In this document: positions 13,594 through 26,610 of the stretch, in pieces
Numbering within the stretch: position 1 is the stretch's first letter
Layout of the letters: every line of letters starts with the position of its first letter
DNA from: Chrysomallon squamiferum
Lineage: Eukaryota > Animalia > Mollusca
Direction: 5' to 3'
DNA: 64,000 nt
Assembly (NCBI GenBank): GCA_012295275.1
Contig: CM022679.1
Span: forward strand, 18,662,001-18,726,000
Translations under genes and position numbers: made by a program
The notes under the pieces: model-generated
What the model was told of the DNA's origin: nothing
What the model saw: the letters and a program-made list of their open reading frames with translations, nothing else
The model's database searches: none

Positions 13594-14972
13594 GAAGAAG
13601 AAGAAGAAGAAGTAAATAAATAAATAAATGAAATATAAACATATATGTAAAATAAGTGTCTCTTTCTCATTAATGCGTTATAATTTATCTTGAAATTAAC
13701 GACATAATATTTCTTCATCAAAAGTCTGTTATTTTTACATTAACAAAATAAATACGCTTTTCAAGATGAATAGCGACTGTCACTGAATAAATTGTAAAAA
13801 TAAGTAAGTTTGTTAAACTGTGGAACAACGAAATAATGCCTCAAATATGTTGTTTAAACTTGCATCATAATGTTGCGGCTAAACTCTGCTCCTAAAATCT
13901 TTGACAAAACGATGTTACTATCTCAAAATTTAATGAACACCCTCATCTTGATCTTTTGGACATCGCTCTGTACCGCGCATTAAAAAATCAAACATACAAA
14001 CAGAAAGAAAAAAGTAGAAGAAGAAATAAATAATACAAAATAAAATAAGGATTATCGAGTACTGTTTGTAACAATGCCTCCTTGATGTAATAAATGGCAA
14101 AGAATAACGTGGCAGAACGTATAATGAGTGTAAAAGTAGTAAATAGGTTTTTCCTTGGCTGGTTGTTAGTGTCTGTATTTTTGTCCTAAAAATTAAAATT
14201 GCCATAAATTATTATAAACAAATAAAACTGAACAGTTCTTTTCAAACGTCGCTTACTTATTCCTTTTAATTAGTATTTTTGTGCAAAATATAAATCTATA
14301 TTAACTCTGTCACAAAAACACTGCAAATAACTTTTCAAATGACCTACTAACACTAATCGTTAATGTTGCTTGCACAATAACCCAGAACATATGATTTAAA
14401 TCACTTAATGTCTTTGACTCCAGTTCGCGTTAAAGTTTTCTTCTTCATATTCTTCATAATTTTGCTTTGGAACTAATTCTGAGGTACGTAGCTAGGGAGA
14501 AAAATAGGAGCCGACTTAAAACAGTAATGTTTATTTTGCTAATGTTTACTGTCTAACGTATAATTAGTGTCATTCATGCTTGAGTGTTTTATTATATGTC
14601 TTGTTTAACTTGACTATACGGAGTTTGCCACTATACTACACTCGTATTCAGGACATCCAGTTTTTGAAACTCACGTCAAGACCTTGAACATAATTATTTT
14701 TCAGCCATAATATATTATTCTTGTGTGACCTGTTTATAAGTATAGTATCCAGAAACTTAAAACACAGTCTGAAAACTGGCAGTACTCTGGCATTCGGGGA
14801 GGTGTTATAATCCGCTTCCAGAAATGGGAAAACTAGCGTGAGCAATTAAGGCCAATTTAGAGGCATGAAGAACAGAGGGGGCGATTAACGAGATTAACTT
14901 TAATGGGCAGTGAAGACAGGAAATACTACCCATATAAATACTGTACAGTCATGATGTTTGTTATGTTTGATC

Positions 14973-15404
14973 ATGGCTGCGAAGGGAGACATTTTGGACG
15001 GCAGAAAACCAGGTGCGGGCCTCATACTTGATGGATATAGGTATATGCACGGCGGATTAATAACAAGAATATCATGGAGATATTTGTATTCGAGGTGCCT
15101 TGCCACCGTGACTACTACACCGGATGGGTCTGTGGTCAGGAGAGGTTAAGACTACATCCATTCCTCGGATGAGAGTGCAGTTGCTGTCCACCTACTGACC
15201 AACACCATGCGGAAGCCAGCACGGGAGGAGCTGACCAGTATCCCAAAGATATATGACGAGGAGAGGAAGAAGTTGTTGACCGTGTATGGAGACGCAACAC
15301 CACAGGACATGGCTTCCAAGCTGAGTATGTTTGAGGGAATCAAATCCAGCTTGTACCGACAGAGAGCGAAAAAGGTCCCGCAAACTGGAACATTTCTTGC
15401 GTAG
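14973..15404 (+). mobile_element. Truncated FLYWCH-domain MULE-type transposase remnant
   Basis: ORFs 14958-15149 and 15207-15404 are one frame split by TAA. LILDGYRY...ISWR(Y)...RCLATVTT...(Y)IH is a decayed FLYWCH finger, followed by IPKIYDEE...FEGIKSSLYRQRAKKVP, typical of the MULE transposase N-terminus. No DDE domain. GC-richer than the flanks. Confidence 0.75.
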
Positions 15405-17444
15405 AGTGTGACTGATTCTCCTACAAATTGTGGACAAAATACAGTTTAAAAAAAAATACATCAATTAAGGTGATGTAACACCAATTAGTAAAGGTGAGAA
15501 ATAAAATGCTTGAAATGGAACAACTGGTGTGTCCAATTAAGATGTGTTATAATCTCACTGCCAGATTCGGGATGGCCAGAATCGGAAATAAACCTATTGA
15601 ACTACTGTTTTATTAGCAAATAATATACTTCCGTTTTATATATACGTACCAAAGAATCCTCTTGCACAATCAGAGACGGTTTTTGTCACTTTTTATCTTC
15701 TTCATTTTTAAAGTTTTCCATTTGAAGGATACCGGTCGCAAAAAAGAAAAACAGTTTTCTTATTGCTTGCCATTAGTATTCAAATGAATTATTTTATAAA
15801 ATTGGAAAACTAGCTGAACTTAATACTTTTTTGAAAAATTCGCTGTCTTTGCTATTTTTGCTTAATTTTGAAAAGCCGTTTTTGTAGAATTTAGTCTAAT
15901 TAGCAGCAATTATCAGGGTTTTTGTTGTTGTTGTAAATTTATATTTCTACATTAACTGGAGACAGCTGCAGATTATTAACACTTCATGAATCAGACAAAA
16001 CCGCAACTACGTTTTCGCTAATATATAAGACAGCAGATTACATAGATCAGTGAACCTCCGAATTTTATCACAGTAATTCATCATCTATAACAGAAGATAC
16101 AAATCTGACGGTGCTAAGAGGTTGTTTTTCTCGGTTCAACACAGGCACACGCACACATACTCACACATTTTTTATTTCATTTGACTTGTGCAATGGTAAA
16201 ACGTTAATAAAATAAACAATTTTGCAATATTTGAAAAAGCCACTGTCTCACATTAATAAAGTCATTGCCGCTGTAACATTTACAAAATTAAAATTTCTTT
16301 TAAGCGATTTACGTAACTTCCTCAGTGATCGGGCAAAAGGAAGCCTAGTTAATAATTAATGAAGTTAACGAATAAGTGTTGTTTGCAATTAAAATGGAAA
16401 GAAAATTAGGCTAATACTGTAGTAATAGTGGTGGTCGGGTGATATTTGTAGTTTTAGTTATGATAGTATTAGTATTATTCCACATAAGGAAGAGCATATG
16501 GCCGCTATGTTAATATCAGAAAGGTTGTTTTCAAAATAAAATTTAATAGTCTCTACTCTTTCCCCATCGAAAAGTGACCAATGTTTAGTTTTTCTCTTTT
16601 TTGTTTTCACAAGAAACAATATTGCCTGCAGGATATTTTTGCTATGTATAAGCACCGTCCTCCTGAATTAGTTTTGCTTTACCTCTCATGAACTTAACAT
16701 TCCCATGGCGTGTGTATCTAGACCATATTTCTAATGTCAATATCCAGAGTATTGTACAACTTCAGACTTCACACTAGCTGCTTAGGTTGATTTAACCATT
16801 TACTATCACTGAATGTTTCTTTAATATAAACATTAATTGCTAATTCAGATAAAAGTATTAGCAAGAAACAAATTGCAACTTCAAACATTGCTCTTTAGTA
16901 CACATAGCAAAAGTTATAAAAGACAATTAGGAAGTAAATTTTGTACTTTAAATGTAAGTTCTTACTGTTTTATTAATATATCAGTTCCAAATTCTTTATT
17001 AACACTGAGCTATACAGCTGATGTCTATAAACAAGATTACAAAAACAATTCATATACAAGAGCAACACACGCTTGTAAATCATATATCAACAAACATCAA
17101 ACACTTCCATTTGCTGTTTTTTTAAATGTCGATTAAACAATACATAAACATTAGAAGATATAATATATATCAAAACTGGTGGAATTTACTGAGCAAGGGA
17201 ATAATATACAAAGGGAATGCCTAAGAATTTAATAAAATCTCCTAAATATTAAAAAAAAATTAAAAAAAAATTACTGGGTTACATGCGTGAAAATAAAATA
17301 CGCCACGATGTGTTTTTTACAGATTGCATTAGTGTTATCCACACTGCTCATAACCCTGCTGCTTTATTTGATTCGTTCCATCACATTTTACACAGCTGTC
17401 TGAATTAATAACCATAGAACAAATTAACATTTAGCTCAGGTTAA

Positions 17445-17544
<100 letters not shown>

Positions 17545-18063
17545 CAGAATTAAACAACACCTATTCGTTAACTTCATTAAATATTAAATAGGCTTCCTTT
17601 TGCCTGGAAGTTGCGTCAATTGCTTAATAGGAAATTTTATATACGTTATATTATTGTATAGCCTATGTTGAAGCCTCTATATACATGGAAGCTAAAAGAT
17701 TTACAGTTATCGTCTTAATGGATAAAGAAACACACACAAAAACACACACAAAAACACACACACACATATGTGTGTGTATGTGTGTGTGTGTGTGTTAGTA
17801 TATATGAAATATTTAAATGGAGATACATTTCGATAAATTCGTTAGAAAGTAATTGGAGAACACCCCAGAAAGGCTGAATCAGACTATAATAATTATTTAG
17901 TGGTAAGTAAACCAAATTGGTATCTGCTGTGGTGTCTGTAACAATTAAAAGCGAAATCGAATTCAGTTCGTCTATGTTAGCTATTTCTAATCCGATTACT
18001 ACCTTGCACAGACACTCTGATATAATAGAGACGATTCGACTGGGAAGATAATACATAAGGAAA

Positions 18064-18133
<70 letters not shown>

Positions 18134-18552
18134 GTAACTGTAGACACACAAAAAAGAAATAGACCGATCCTTTGTTTATCTATGTAATTTAAAATACAAT
18201 AATAAATTTATAGAGATTTATTTTATGTTTCGAGATCCGGCGATTTAAGAGTTGGATAATTTCTAAACAGTATATTTATTAGTTAAGACAATAATGCAAC
18301 AATGTATTTTTATTATTTTAAATGAATAAATCGAAATTTCAAACATATACACGCACGCACATTCACAGACAAACACATTCACACAGAGAGGGAAACAAAT
18401 AAACACAACTTAAATAAGCTGCATATCAACTCTCAAAAAAAGAAAAAAGAAAAAAATAAAATAAAATAAAAGAACTTCGCCAAGGGGTTTAAAAACACAG
18501 GACAAAACAGAAAAGACATCTTAGGGACTGTTTTAACCATTGTTTTAACACG

Positions 18553-18869
18553 CCTAACGGGCACAACAAATAGCCAGTACAAAACTATTGTGGCAGCCAA
18601 TTTGCCACCATCCGCATGTAGTTCCTGGCAGACATAAAGACTGCTATTTGTACTAATTCTATTCCGCCTCCAGGACGGATGCTGTATTGGCCATGACGCT
18701 CGAACCACTGCAAAATGCGCGCTGAAAGGCTGTTTATAGTTGTTATTATTACTGTCATAAAAAGCGTGGTTCTGGGAACAAATATATAAATATTATCAGT
18801 GAATGGCTTAGTATTACTGTCTATGAATTCGACCATATCGAAAGAGAAGAGCTCGTATGTGACAATTTC
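18553..18869 (-). pseudogene. Candidate central exon of the decayed CAP-like gene
   Basis: Poly-T acceptor. Motifs appear in CAP order but across shifting frames: DNIYI (GEN-like), ILQWF..Y, VC/RNYMRMV (CAP1-like), QIGC, YLLC (CAP2-like). Boundaries approximate. Confidence 0.35.
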
Positions 18870-19637
18870 CTTTCGTGAAAAAAAAAATAAAAAATAAAAA
18901 ATCTGTGCGCAGTTTAGGTAAGTGTAACATTTTTTTACCTAAAATTATAATAGAAAGGATTAGCTGATTGACAGGCAAGAGTAAGTCAGTTTTTCCAAAA
19001 TGTCTCCAAAGATTATTATATTTAGTAATCAGTCACGTTAATATATGTATTTACTATCAGCAAAATATCTGTATTCTGTCTTTTGATTATTGTGGAAATC
19101 AGATTTATTTATCAACAAAACATCAAACACTTTTATTTAAATTTTCTTAAATGATGAGAAAAGGACCATTTGATACAGAAATTTCATTTATTGTGTCAAG
19201 CCCTTCACTGAATAATTATACTGAATCCAGAATAATGTATATTCTGCTATTTCGGTCATTTTGTTTTCATTGCAAAAGTCACCTAAATTAACTAGCTATT
19301 TAAGTTTAGCTGAGTCAGTCTAACTGGTTAGAGTTAGTTCTCGCAAATAACAGAATAACATAGTTTGATAGCCAGTAACAGGGAATGATAAAGGTTGGAC
19401 AAGATCCGTGGCTAACTTTAGTTCGTTAAAGTCCTGGATTTACATAACATAAAATATAATGCGCTCATAAAACTAAGTCTTTTTAAACAGTGAGTAAAAT
19501 CACATGTGACTAACAGATTTTATTTTATTATTCAATCCAAATCCAACGACTTTATCACTCTGTGTTTAATCTTCTTAGATATTTAATTACAACTGAAGTG
19601 TCAAGGAATTAACAAAAACACTGGAATGTACATGAAT

Positions 19638-19679
<42 letters not shown>

Positions 19680-19754
19680 TCTTGTCAATTTTTGTTTGTT
19701 TGTCGAAAGAGCTACGCGATAAATATATTATTTATTTATTTTGTACACACACCT

Positions 19755-19787
<33 letters not shown>

Positions 19788-19846
19788 CACACACATATAT
19801 TTTTTTATTATTATTTTATTATTATTATTATTACTATTATTATTAT

Positions 19847-19877
<31 letters not shown>

Positions 19878-20429
19878 GAGGCGTAGCTGTTTCGACGAAC
19901 AATCAAATTTAACAAAATGAATAGTTATAGGTGGCATTTTAAATTATCTACAAGGACAAAGTGTTATATTACTCCGAATTATACGATTTTGAAACAAAAT
20001 TTCATTACGTGAGTTTTCGGCGCATCATGATTTCTAGTGTCGTTGTTTTGTTTTGTTTCGGGTTTGTTCCTGTCTTTTTCTGTAATAGTTTCATTTTACT
20101 TGAGTGTTGATTTGTCTCAGTTGTTTAAATGAATGTTCTGCTTTTGTTGACGATGTTGTTTGTCTTGTCTGCACGACTTATTTATTCGAACGTTTTCTTG
20201 CGGGATTTTTGTGTTGTTGTTTCTTTTTCATACGACACTATTTTTTCTCGTGTTTAGAATACAATTTACAGATATTTAATAAAACATATAATTTAGTGTA
20301 CAAATACTGTTTCTTATACCAAATTCATAAATGATGTCATTACAGTCTGATGGTTTTTGTAAACAGTTCTCAGATCACAAATTCTTTAATAAGATGTCTT
20401 ACATCAAGCAACGTCAAGCAACAGTTTCC

Positions 20430-20720
20430 TCGGTGAACCGGAAATGCACGTCTCTGTCATCTGCGGTCGTCTTCGCTCATCTGGCGACCGAGAGAGGACG
20501 TCATTTTTAAATCCGGCCTCTCATTTGCTGTGAGATTAAAACTTAGATACTGGCGACCGCCTCGCTCATATAGCCCCGGCGCGTTCGATTGTTTGGAGGT
20601 AGAAACGTTTCTGCTGTGTACGAAACTACACAGATTTCACCTGCTACATCGGACTGTAGAAATGGATGCGATGATTCGCAATGGACTTTAATTATTGGTT
20701 CAGGCTTAGGAATCTCGTAG
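20430..20720 (+). promoter_or_regulatory. Putative promoter and non-coding first exon of the AstC/somatostatin-type receptor
   Basis: CpG-rich patch in AT-rich DNA, CRE-like GACGTCA, duplicated CTGGCGACCG and TCGCTCAT motifs. Ends in a consensus donor TAG|GTAAGT (GT at 20721). Start approximate. Confidence 0.5.
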
Positions 20721-22870
20721 GTAAGTCAGCATTAATTGTAACAAAACTGAATGAATGTTTAATTATGAACCTTTGGTCAAGAACTGATATTTTCTGTTTA
20801 AATATATATTTGTTTTCTTGCTTACATTTTACTATAACTTGTTAATTAATTAATTTATTTATTGATTAAATTTTCTTAGTCATATAAGATATGTTTTCAC
20901 TTAATATTTTATTTTATTATAATTCCTTATCTATTTACTCCAAAAAATGAGAACATTTTTAAACAGCTAACGATAAGCTCATAAATAAACTCGCTTTTCT
21001 TTTTCTGTTTATTTTTGCGACTGTGAAGAAGAATGCGATTCTTCGCTGAAACGTACAAATAAGGCTTTGCTTATTCAAAATATGTCTTCAGTTAGAGTTT
21101 ATTTTATTATTCACAAGAAGGCGACTGATCGCGAGACTGAAATCCAATATCCGATATAATTATGTCGCTTGCAGGTTCCAGTTTTGCCTTAGTTATCATG
21201 AAAAACTACGTACATCATCTAAGTACTACACCGAAATAATGGTAATTATACAATAACGTTGCTTATATCAGTATCATCCCCAAGGAAACAGATAGTAGAT
21301 TCTGCTGTTATTATTCTTTTTAAGATCTATATTATGATTTCTAGATGTGATGACTTAATACAAAGTATAATTTCTCTTTGATCTTGAACTGATTCGTTTT
21401 TCTTTGTTTAAACGGATTAATAACATGTTACATGTTGCTTTTTATTGCATTTGTTTTCTTTTTAGTCTTTATTCTTCTTTCCAAAGTATGTCAATAACCT
21501 GATAAAGTATAATATGAAGCTCTAAATAACAAATTAACCTTCATTTTATATATATATATATATTATTTTGCGTAGAAATTTATTATAATCAAGCATTTTT
21601 GTTGTTATTATTATTATTATTTTGATGTTGTTATTTATTGTGTGCATTATGCATTATTGATATATATGTTTATATAAATGAGTTTGCGCTGTAGTTCACT
21701 GCATACACTGAATATTCCCACAGCGTAAGTCAAAATAATAACATGAAAATTCTGTTTATTATTTCAGCGATCATTATAATGTAAAAATTGCTTTGTCGAG
21801 CTTTAGAATTCTGGCGTTTGGTAGAAAGTTAATTAAAAGTATAAATAAGCAGCACGGATTAAGGAATCATAAATCAAAACCGTACAGAGCTAGGGGCTCA
21901 CAAAGTGTTGTTAACAATGGTTTGTTAGCCTTAAAAGTGTGCACTTGTTCTGTTCTTGTTGAATACAAAATATTGTCTGCTTCATGGCGAACTGATATCG
22001 AACAGCAATCTAAACTTATATAACTGTTATTTAAAAATAATATCCTTTGCGCCTAAAAGAAAAGAGTCTTCGGTACTAAACACGCCATCTTCGACGCTAG
22101 ATGCGCTTTCACTAAAGACTTTTTATCTGTTGTTAAAACCCAATCAGTGAACAAGTAAATCCAAAGGAATAACTGTTCTTTTTCAGAACGATGCTGATGC
22201 GAGCTTGTAAAAATCAATATTGTATTTTGAGCAGCTTGTTATATTCCGAGAAAAGCTCATATCAACACATCAGAACTACGGCAGAAACTCAATTTTTACA
22301 AAATTCATGATAATTTGTCTCCATTTTTGTTTCCCAAGTTAACGTACGTAACTTCCACTTCACCTGCCTGCCTGTCTACTCGCATAGTTAAGTTACATAT
22401 TCAGCTTATTAACTAAGTACGTGATTCTAATATTTACAATTAAACTAACTGGAAGCAAAATAAAATATCATCTCAATTTTTTTTTACTGTTTTTCTTTTT
22501 ATTCATTTTTATTATTTGTGTTTCTCTGGGGTTTTTTTCCGTTTTTTGTTTTATCTTTTAACAATGGCAAGAAAAGTGTGAAAATAAATGCAATTTTTAT
22601 TTTATTACAAAGTATTTTCGTATTTTATTTATTGTTTTAATGTTCTAATTTAATACTGAGGACTTTTAATTGCGTTATTTTTGCCTTAAAATGTGTGTAT
22701 TTGATGTTTTACTTTGTCGAAATGGATATTGTTAGAGTCCAGGAACTGATTAATTTACTTTCCATTATTTTTAATGCGCAAAATTTATCTGGACTTCGAA
22801 CAGCTTCCTCGACTAATTTCGAAATAAGAGTCATACATTTATCTTTTTTCTTCTGATCATTTGTCGTTTG

Positions 22871-22901
<31 letters not shown>

Positions 22902-23667
22902 TTTGTGTTATGTTGTTTTGTTTATACCAGTATATTTTACATACCTTATTAATTTTTAATCTACATATCTCACCAAATTATATTTCATGGAAAAAAAAAA
23001 AAAAAGCAGTTATATTTAAAAATACTTCAGTATAAAAAACAAAAACAAAAAAATTTTTCTTTTAATAATTCTTAGAGATTGGCAGAATACATGAGACAAT
23101 ACTAATTAACATAGATTTTCTTATGGTCTCTGTGACGTTCGTGGCTACAGAGCGTTCACTTATTTAATGACTGATTTTCTAATGATTTAGATTTTCAGAT
23201 CCAGTGGCTTGAGCTCAGTTTTCAGATTTAGTTGTATGTGTCTATATCAGACTGTTCTCTTCCTTGTTGACAAAGCAATGTTTTAAACAAAGATACAATA
23301 ATTTAATTATACTGCAAAATATAAAGTAACATTTATATTTAAATTAAATATTCTCTTAGGGGAACAGTTTATTGCATGGCACCTATGACGTATGAATCAT
23401 ACATTACTATACAAATACGTTCTTGTAATATTGAGTAAAAATAGAATAATTTTAGTACTATTATAATTTTTTATCGTCTCATAATGAAAAATATCTATAA
23501 TCTATAACATTTGCTTTGTTTTTACTTTTTACTTGTTTTCATCATTCTTTTATATATATATAATTTCATACGTTATTAGTGGTGAGCTATCGAAGAAAAT
23601 TAGTGTAATCTAGTAGCTATTCTGCGTACTCTGTCATATAATATAGACACTGGAGAGATGTTACGAC

Positions 23668-23790
23668 TTAAAATGTAATTTGAACTGGTGTGTTGCTCAA
23701 ATAGTAATATGACATCCACGTGAGCAAATATCATTATGAAGACAATAAATAACTGAGCCAATAACCTGAGCATTTGTAAAAGGGTCATTT
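23668..23790 (-). pseudogene. Candidate exon 3 of the decayed CAP-like gene (HN helix)
   Basis: Acceptor ttctttag| is phase-compatible with exon 2. Reads NDPFTNAQVIGSVIYCLHNDI(C), like HNxIR, then a shifted frame AHVDV...TSSNYIL, like V...PxAxNM. Donor weak and uncertain. Confidence 0.45.
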
Positions 23791-24509
23791 CTAAAGAATA
23801 ATTTGAGGCGAATGAAAGAAAGAGAGGATAAATTATTTATTTATTTAATTCTTTTTGTGAATTGTTACTATGTTTTGGTCATTATTATTGTTTTTATTGT
23901 TGGCGGTTATGGTGTTATAATCAGCTGAATTTTGTTAGTTTAATGTATTCTTTTCATTCGTTTTATTTTTTATATTTTATATTTTTTTATTTGTTTGTCT
24001 CTTTCTTTTATTTATTTATTTATAATAAAAATAATTATTATTATTATTTAGATATATGTTTATTTTCGGTTCTCGTTTGGTTCTTTCCTTTTCTTTCTTT
24101 GTTTCTTTCTTTATTTGTTTTCAACGATTAGTGTGTTCTATTCTATTTTATCCCTAGCTAATTCCAGTGTCAGCATTATTCAAGATTTTTCTCTTTTTTT
24201 TTTTCCTATTTTAGAGCTTTTTTAAATTTATTTATTTATTTTTAAATTATATAAAAAAAAAAAAAAAAAATGTTGTGAATTGTTACTATGTTTTGGTCAT
24301 TATTATTGTTTTTATTGTTGGCGATATGGTTGTATAATCAACAGAATCTTTCCAACCTAGATGAAATTATGTTTAAATCAATAAATATAGATTTCTAAAT
24401 GTTATATAACGGCAGTATTTATAATTCTTTTTTGTGTTTATTGATTGTGATATACAGTATGGTAAAATCAAAACGAAACAAAACTAAAAAGCGGCTTCCA
24501 TATAATAAC

Positions 24510-24542
<33 letters not shown>

Positions 24543-24700
24543 CAAGACACTGCAATCCACAGTTTTTAATGAAATGGAACAAAAAGGTTTGTATGTCGGA
24601 ATAATCAGAGTACAGAGATGTATCAAAGGATTCAGCAGGAAGGGAATGGAGGGTACATTCTGTAAGTTTTCTAATGAACCTATTGGGTTTTTTTTTTTAC

Positions 24701-24887
24701 CCTCACACAGGAAGACATTCTGTGACAAAACAAAGGAATTTCTCCACCAGGATCTGGTAAAGTCGGCTGTCATACTTCTACTGCAATCTTTATCGATTCA
24801 GGTTGCAGTGTTCAACGAAACTTGGTTCTGCGTATGCTAGCCACAGACATAATACAAAGTAATGAATACCAAGGAAGAGATAGTTCA
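24701..24887 (-). pseudogene. Candidate exon 2 of the decayed CAP-like gene (signal peptide)
   Basis: Acceptor tttcgttcag and donor GG|gtaaaa; 187 nt, phase 1 to phase 2. Reads (V)NYLFLGIHYFVLCLWLAYA-EPSFVEHCNLNR*RLQ*KYDSR...ECLPV*G with three in-frame stops. Confidence 0.5.
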
Positions 24888-25418
24888 CTGAACGAAATAA
24901 TAGTATTGTTTGTTTACATTTGAAATAGACATGAAGGCTGCAAACAGGAAAACACTAGAAGGTTTTGAGGCGATAATTATTGATACTTTAAAATGCCAAA
25001 CTGATCCTTAAAGAAAGAAGCAACGTTTAGTTACGAAAAATATTCAAATAAATTACTTTTTTTCGCCTTTTTTTTTCTTTGTATTTTATTCTGACATATG
25101 TTTTATTTCATTAAGAAATAAGGTTTTTAGCAGAACATATTTTATGCTCGTTTTATTGCAACTTTTATTTAAATTAATTAAGTTCATCTGCATGATGAAA
25201 TTCAATATTGCTGTAGCATTATCATTGTTGACATGGCAAGGTTGTATTATTTATATCTTTAAACAAAAAAACAACAACAAATATGCAGAATGCCTTAAAA
25301 TTTTAAACCTCTAATTTATGAAATCTAAATTAAAAAGAATGTTGTATCTGGTGGCCAAACTAATGAAATAGCTAGCTTATTAAACATAAGCTGTTCTCAC
25401 ATATGAGTTAAATGATGA

Positions 25419-26115
25419 TTGCATCAATTGCCATTAGGGATGTTAATGCTGACATTTCATAGGATATTTTTAATCCAGAATAATGACATTAAAAATATTT
25501 GTTTATCGATATTTTTCTTACATTTATTATGCTTCATATTAGTTATTCTATAGCATTTATTTACATAATTACTGATAAAATGTTTTATAAAAATAAAATT
25601 TAATGATGATTTAACAATTCTATGAAAACAATAAATGTTAAAAAGCAAAAGTAAAGGGTGTAACATCTTGATAAATAAAATACAAATAAGCGGCTGGTCA
25701 TTTATTTCTCACCGACATTTATTCTGACGGGCAACTTTTTACTCACCCTTTTGATAGAGCCATCTGCTTACCTTGGATGCTGCACATTACGACAATCCAC
25801 TATGACTCGACAACAACACCGCCTTCTTGTCGTGATGCTTAAATTATCTCTCATTTCACATCTGTAAGATGTGGTGGATGAGGGTGGGGGACATAACAAA
25901 TCAATATTGTTTTGTAATGTGGTCTCAGTCCGCGTCGGTATCCTTTCCAACATTTTATCAGTAATTATGTAAATAAATGTTATAATAACTAATATGAAGC
26001 ATAATAAATGTAAGAAAAATATCGATAAACAAATATTTTTAATGTCATTATTCTGGAAACTTAAAAATATCCTATGAAATGTCAGCATTAACATCCCTAA
26101 TGGCAACTGATGCAA
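25419..26115. repeat. Long inverted repeat, about 166-bp arms with a 364-bp spacer
   Basis: 25419-25584 is nearly the reverse complement of 25949-26115, differing by a few substitutions and small indels. No TSD seen. Confidence 0.95.
25772..25787 (-). pseudogene. Candidate first coding exon of the decayed CAP-like gene
   Basis: gtaATG TGC AGC ATC CAA G|gtaagc, a strong donor. Splicing to 24887 gives in-frame MCSIQVNYLFLGIHYFVLCLWLAYA-EP. Confidence 0.5.
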
Positions 26116-26174
26116 AAACTATAGTATTTATTTATTTCTTTAATTCTTTCTTTCTAACTTTATTTATTTATTTA

Positions 26175-26244
<70 letters not shown>

Positions 26245-26339
26245 TTATTTTTATTATTATTATTATTATTTTTTTTTTTTTTACTCTTTTACGGAATCGT
26301 TGGAAGGATGCTAGTATTTTATAATCTGTTAATGGTCTA

Positions 26340-26610
26340 TCATGAATTATAGCGCATTACTTTCAATTTCAGTCGATTGCTGACAGTCGATTACTGATGT
26401 GCTGTGAATTATGGACAAATACTGTTGTATTATGAAATAAAGCTGATTACTAATCTGTTATGAATTATAGTCGATTATTAGTGTATCTTTTGAATTAATG
26501 TCGATTACTGTTACATTATCTGTTATAATTACTGGTGTCTCGTGAAGTGTCGATGATTATTACGAATAACAGTTGATTATTGGTGTATTATGGATTATAG
26601 TTAATTGCTG
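26340..26610. repeat. Old degenerate minisatellite, about 28-30 bp unit
   Basis: Recurring ATGAATTATAGTCGATTACTG-like units, e.g. at 26404, 26432, 26460 and 26490. Confidence 0.6.

Noticed and set aside
24540-24700. Alternative CAP-like reading (SQNVFLCE...LPAESF...IKNC) running through the exon-2 donor
   Set aside because: Needs extra frameshifts and lacks the His of HN; the spliced model to 23790 fits phase and spacing better.
25768-26115. 115-aa minus-strand ORF
   Set aside because: Half of it lies in an AT-rich inverted-repeat arm and it shows no protein-like motif.
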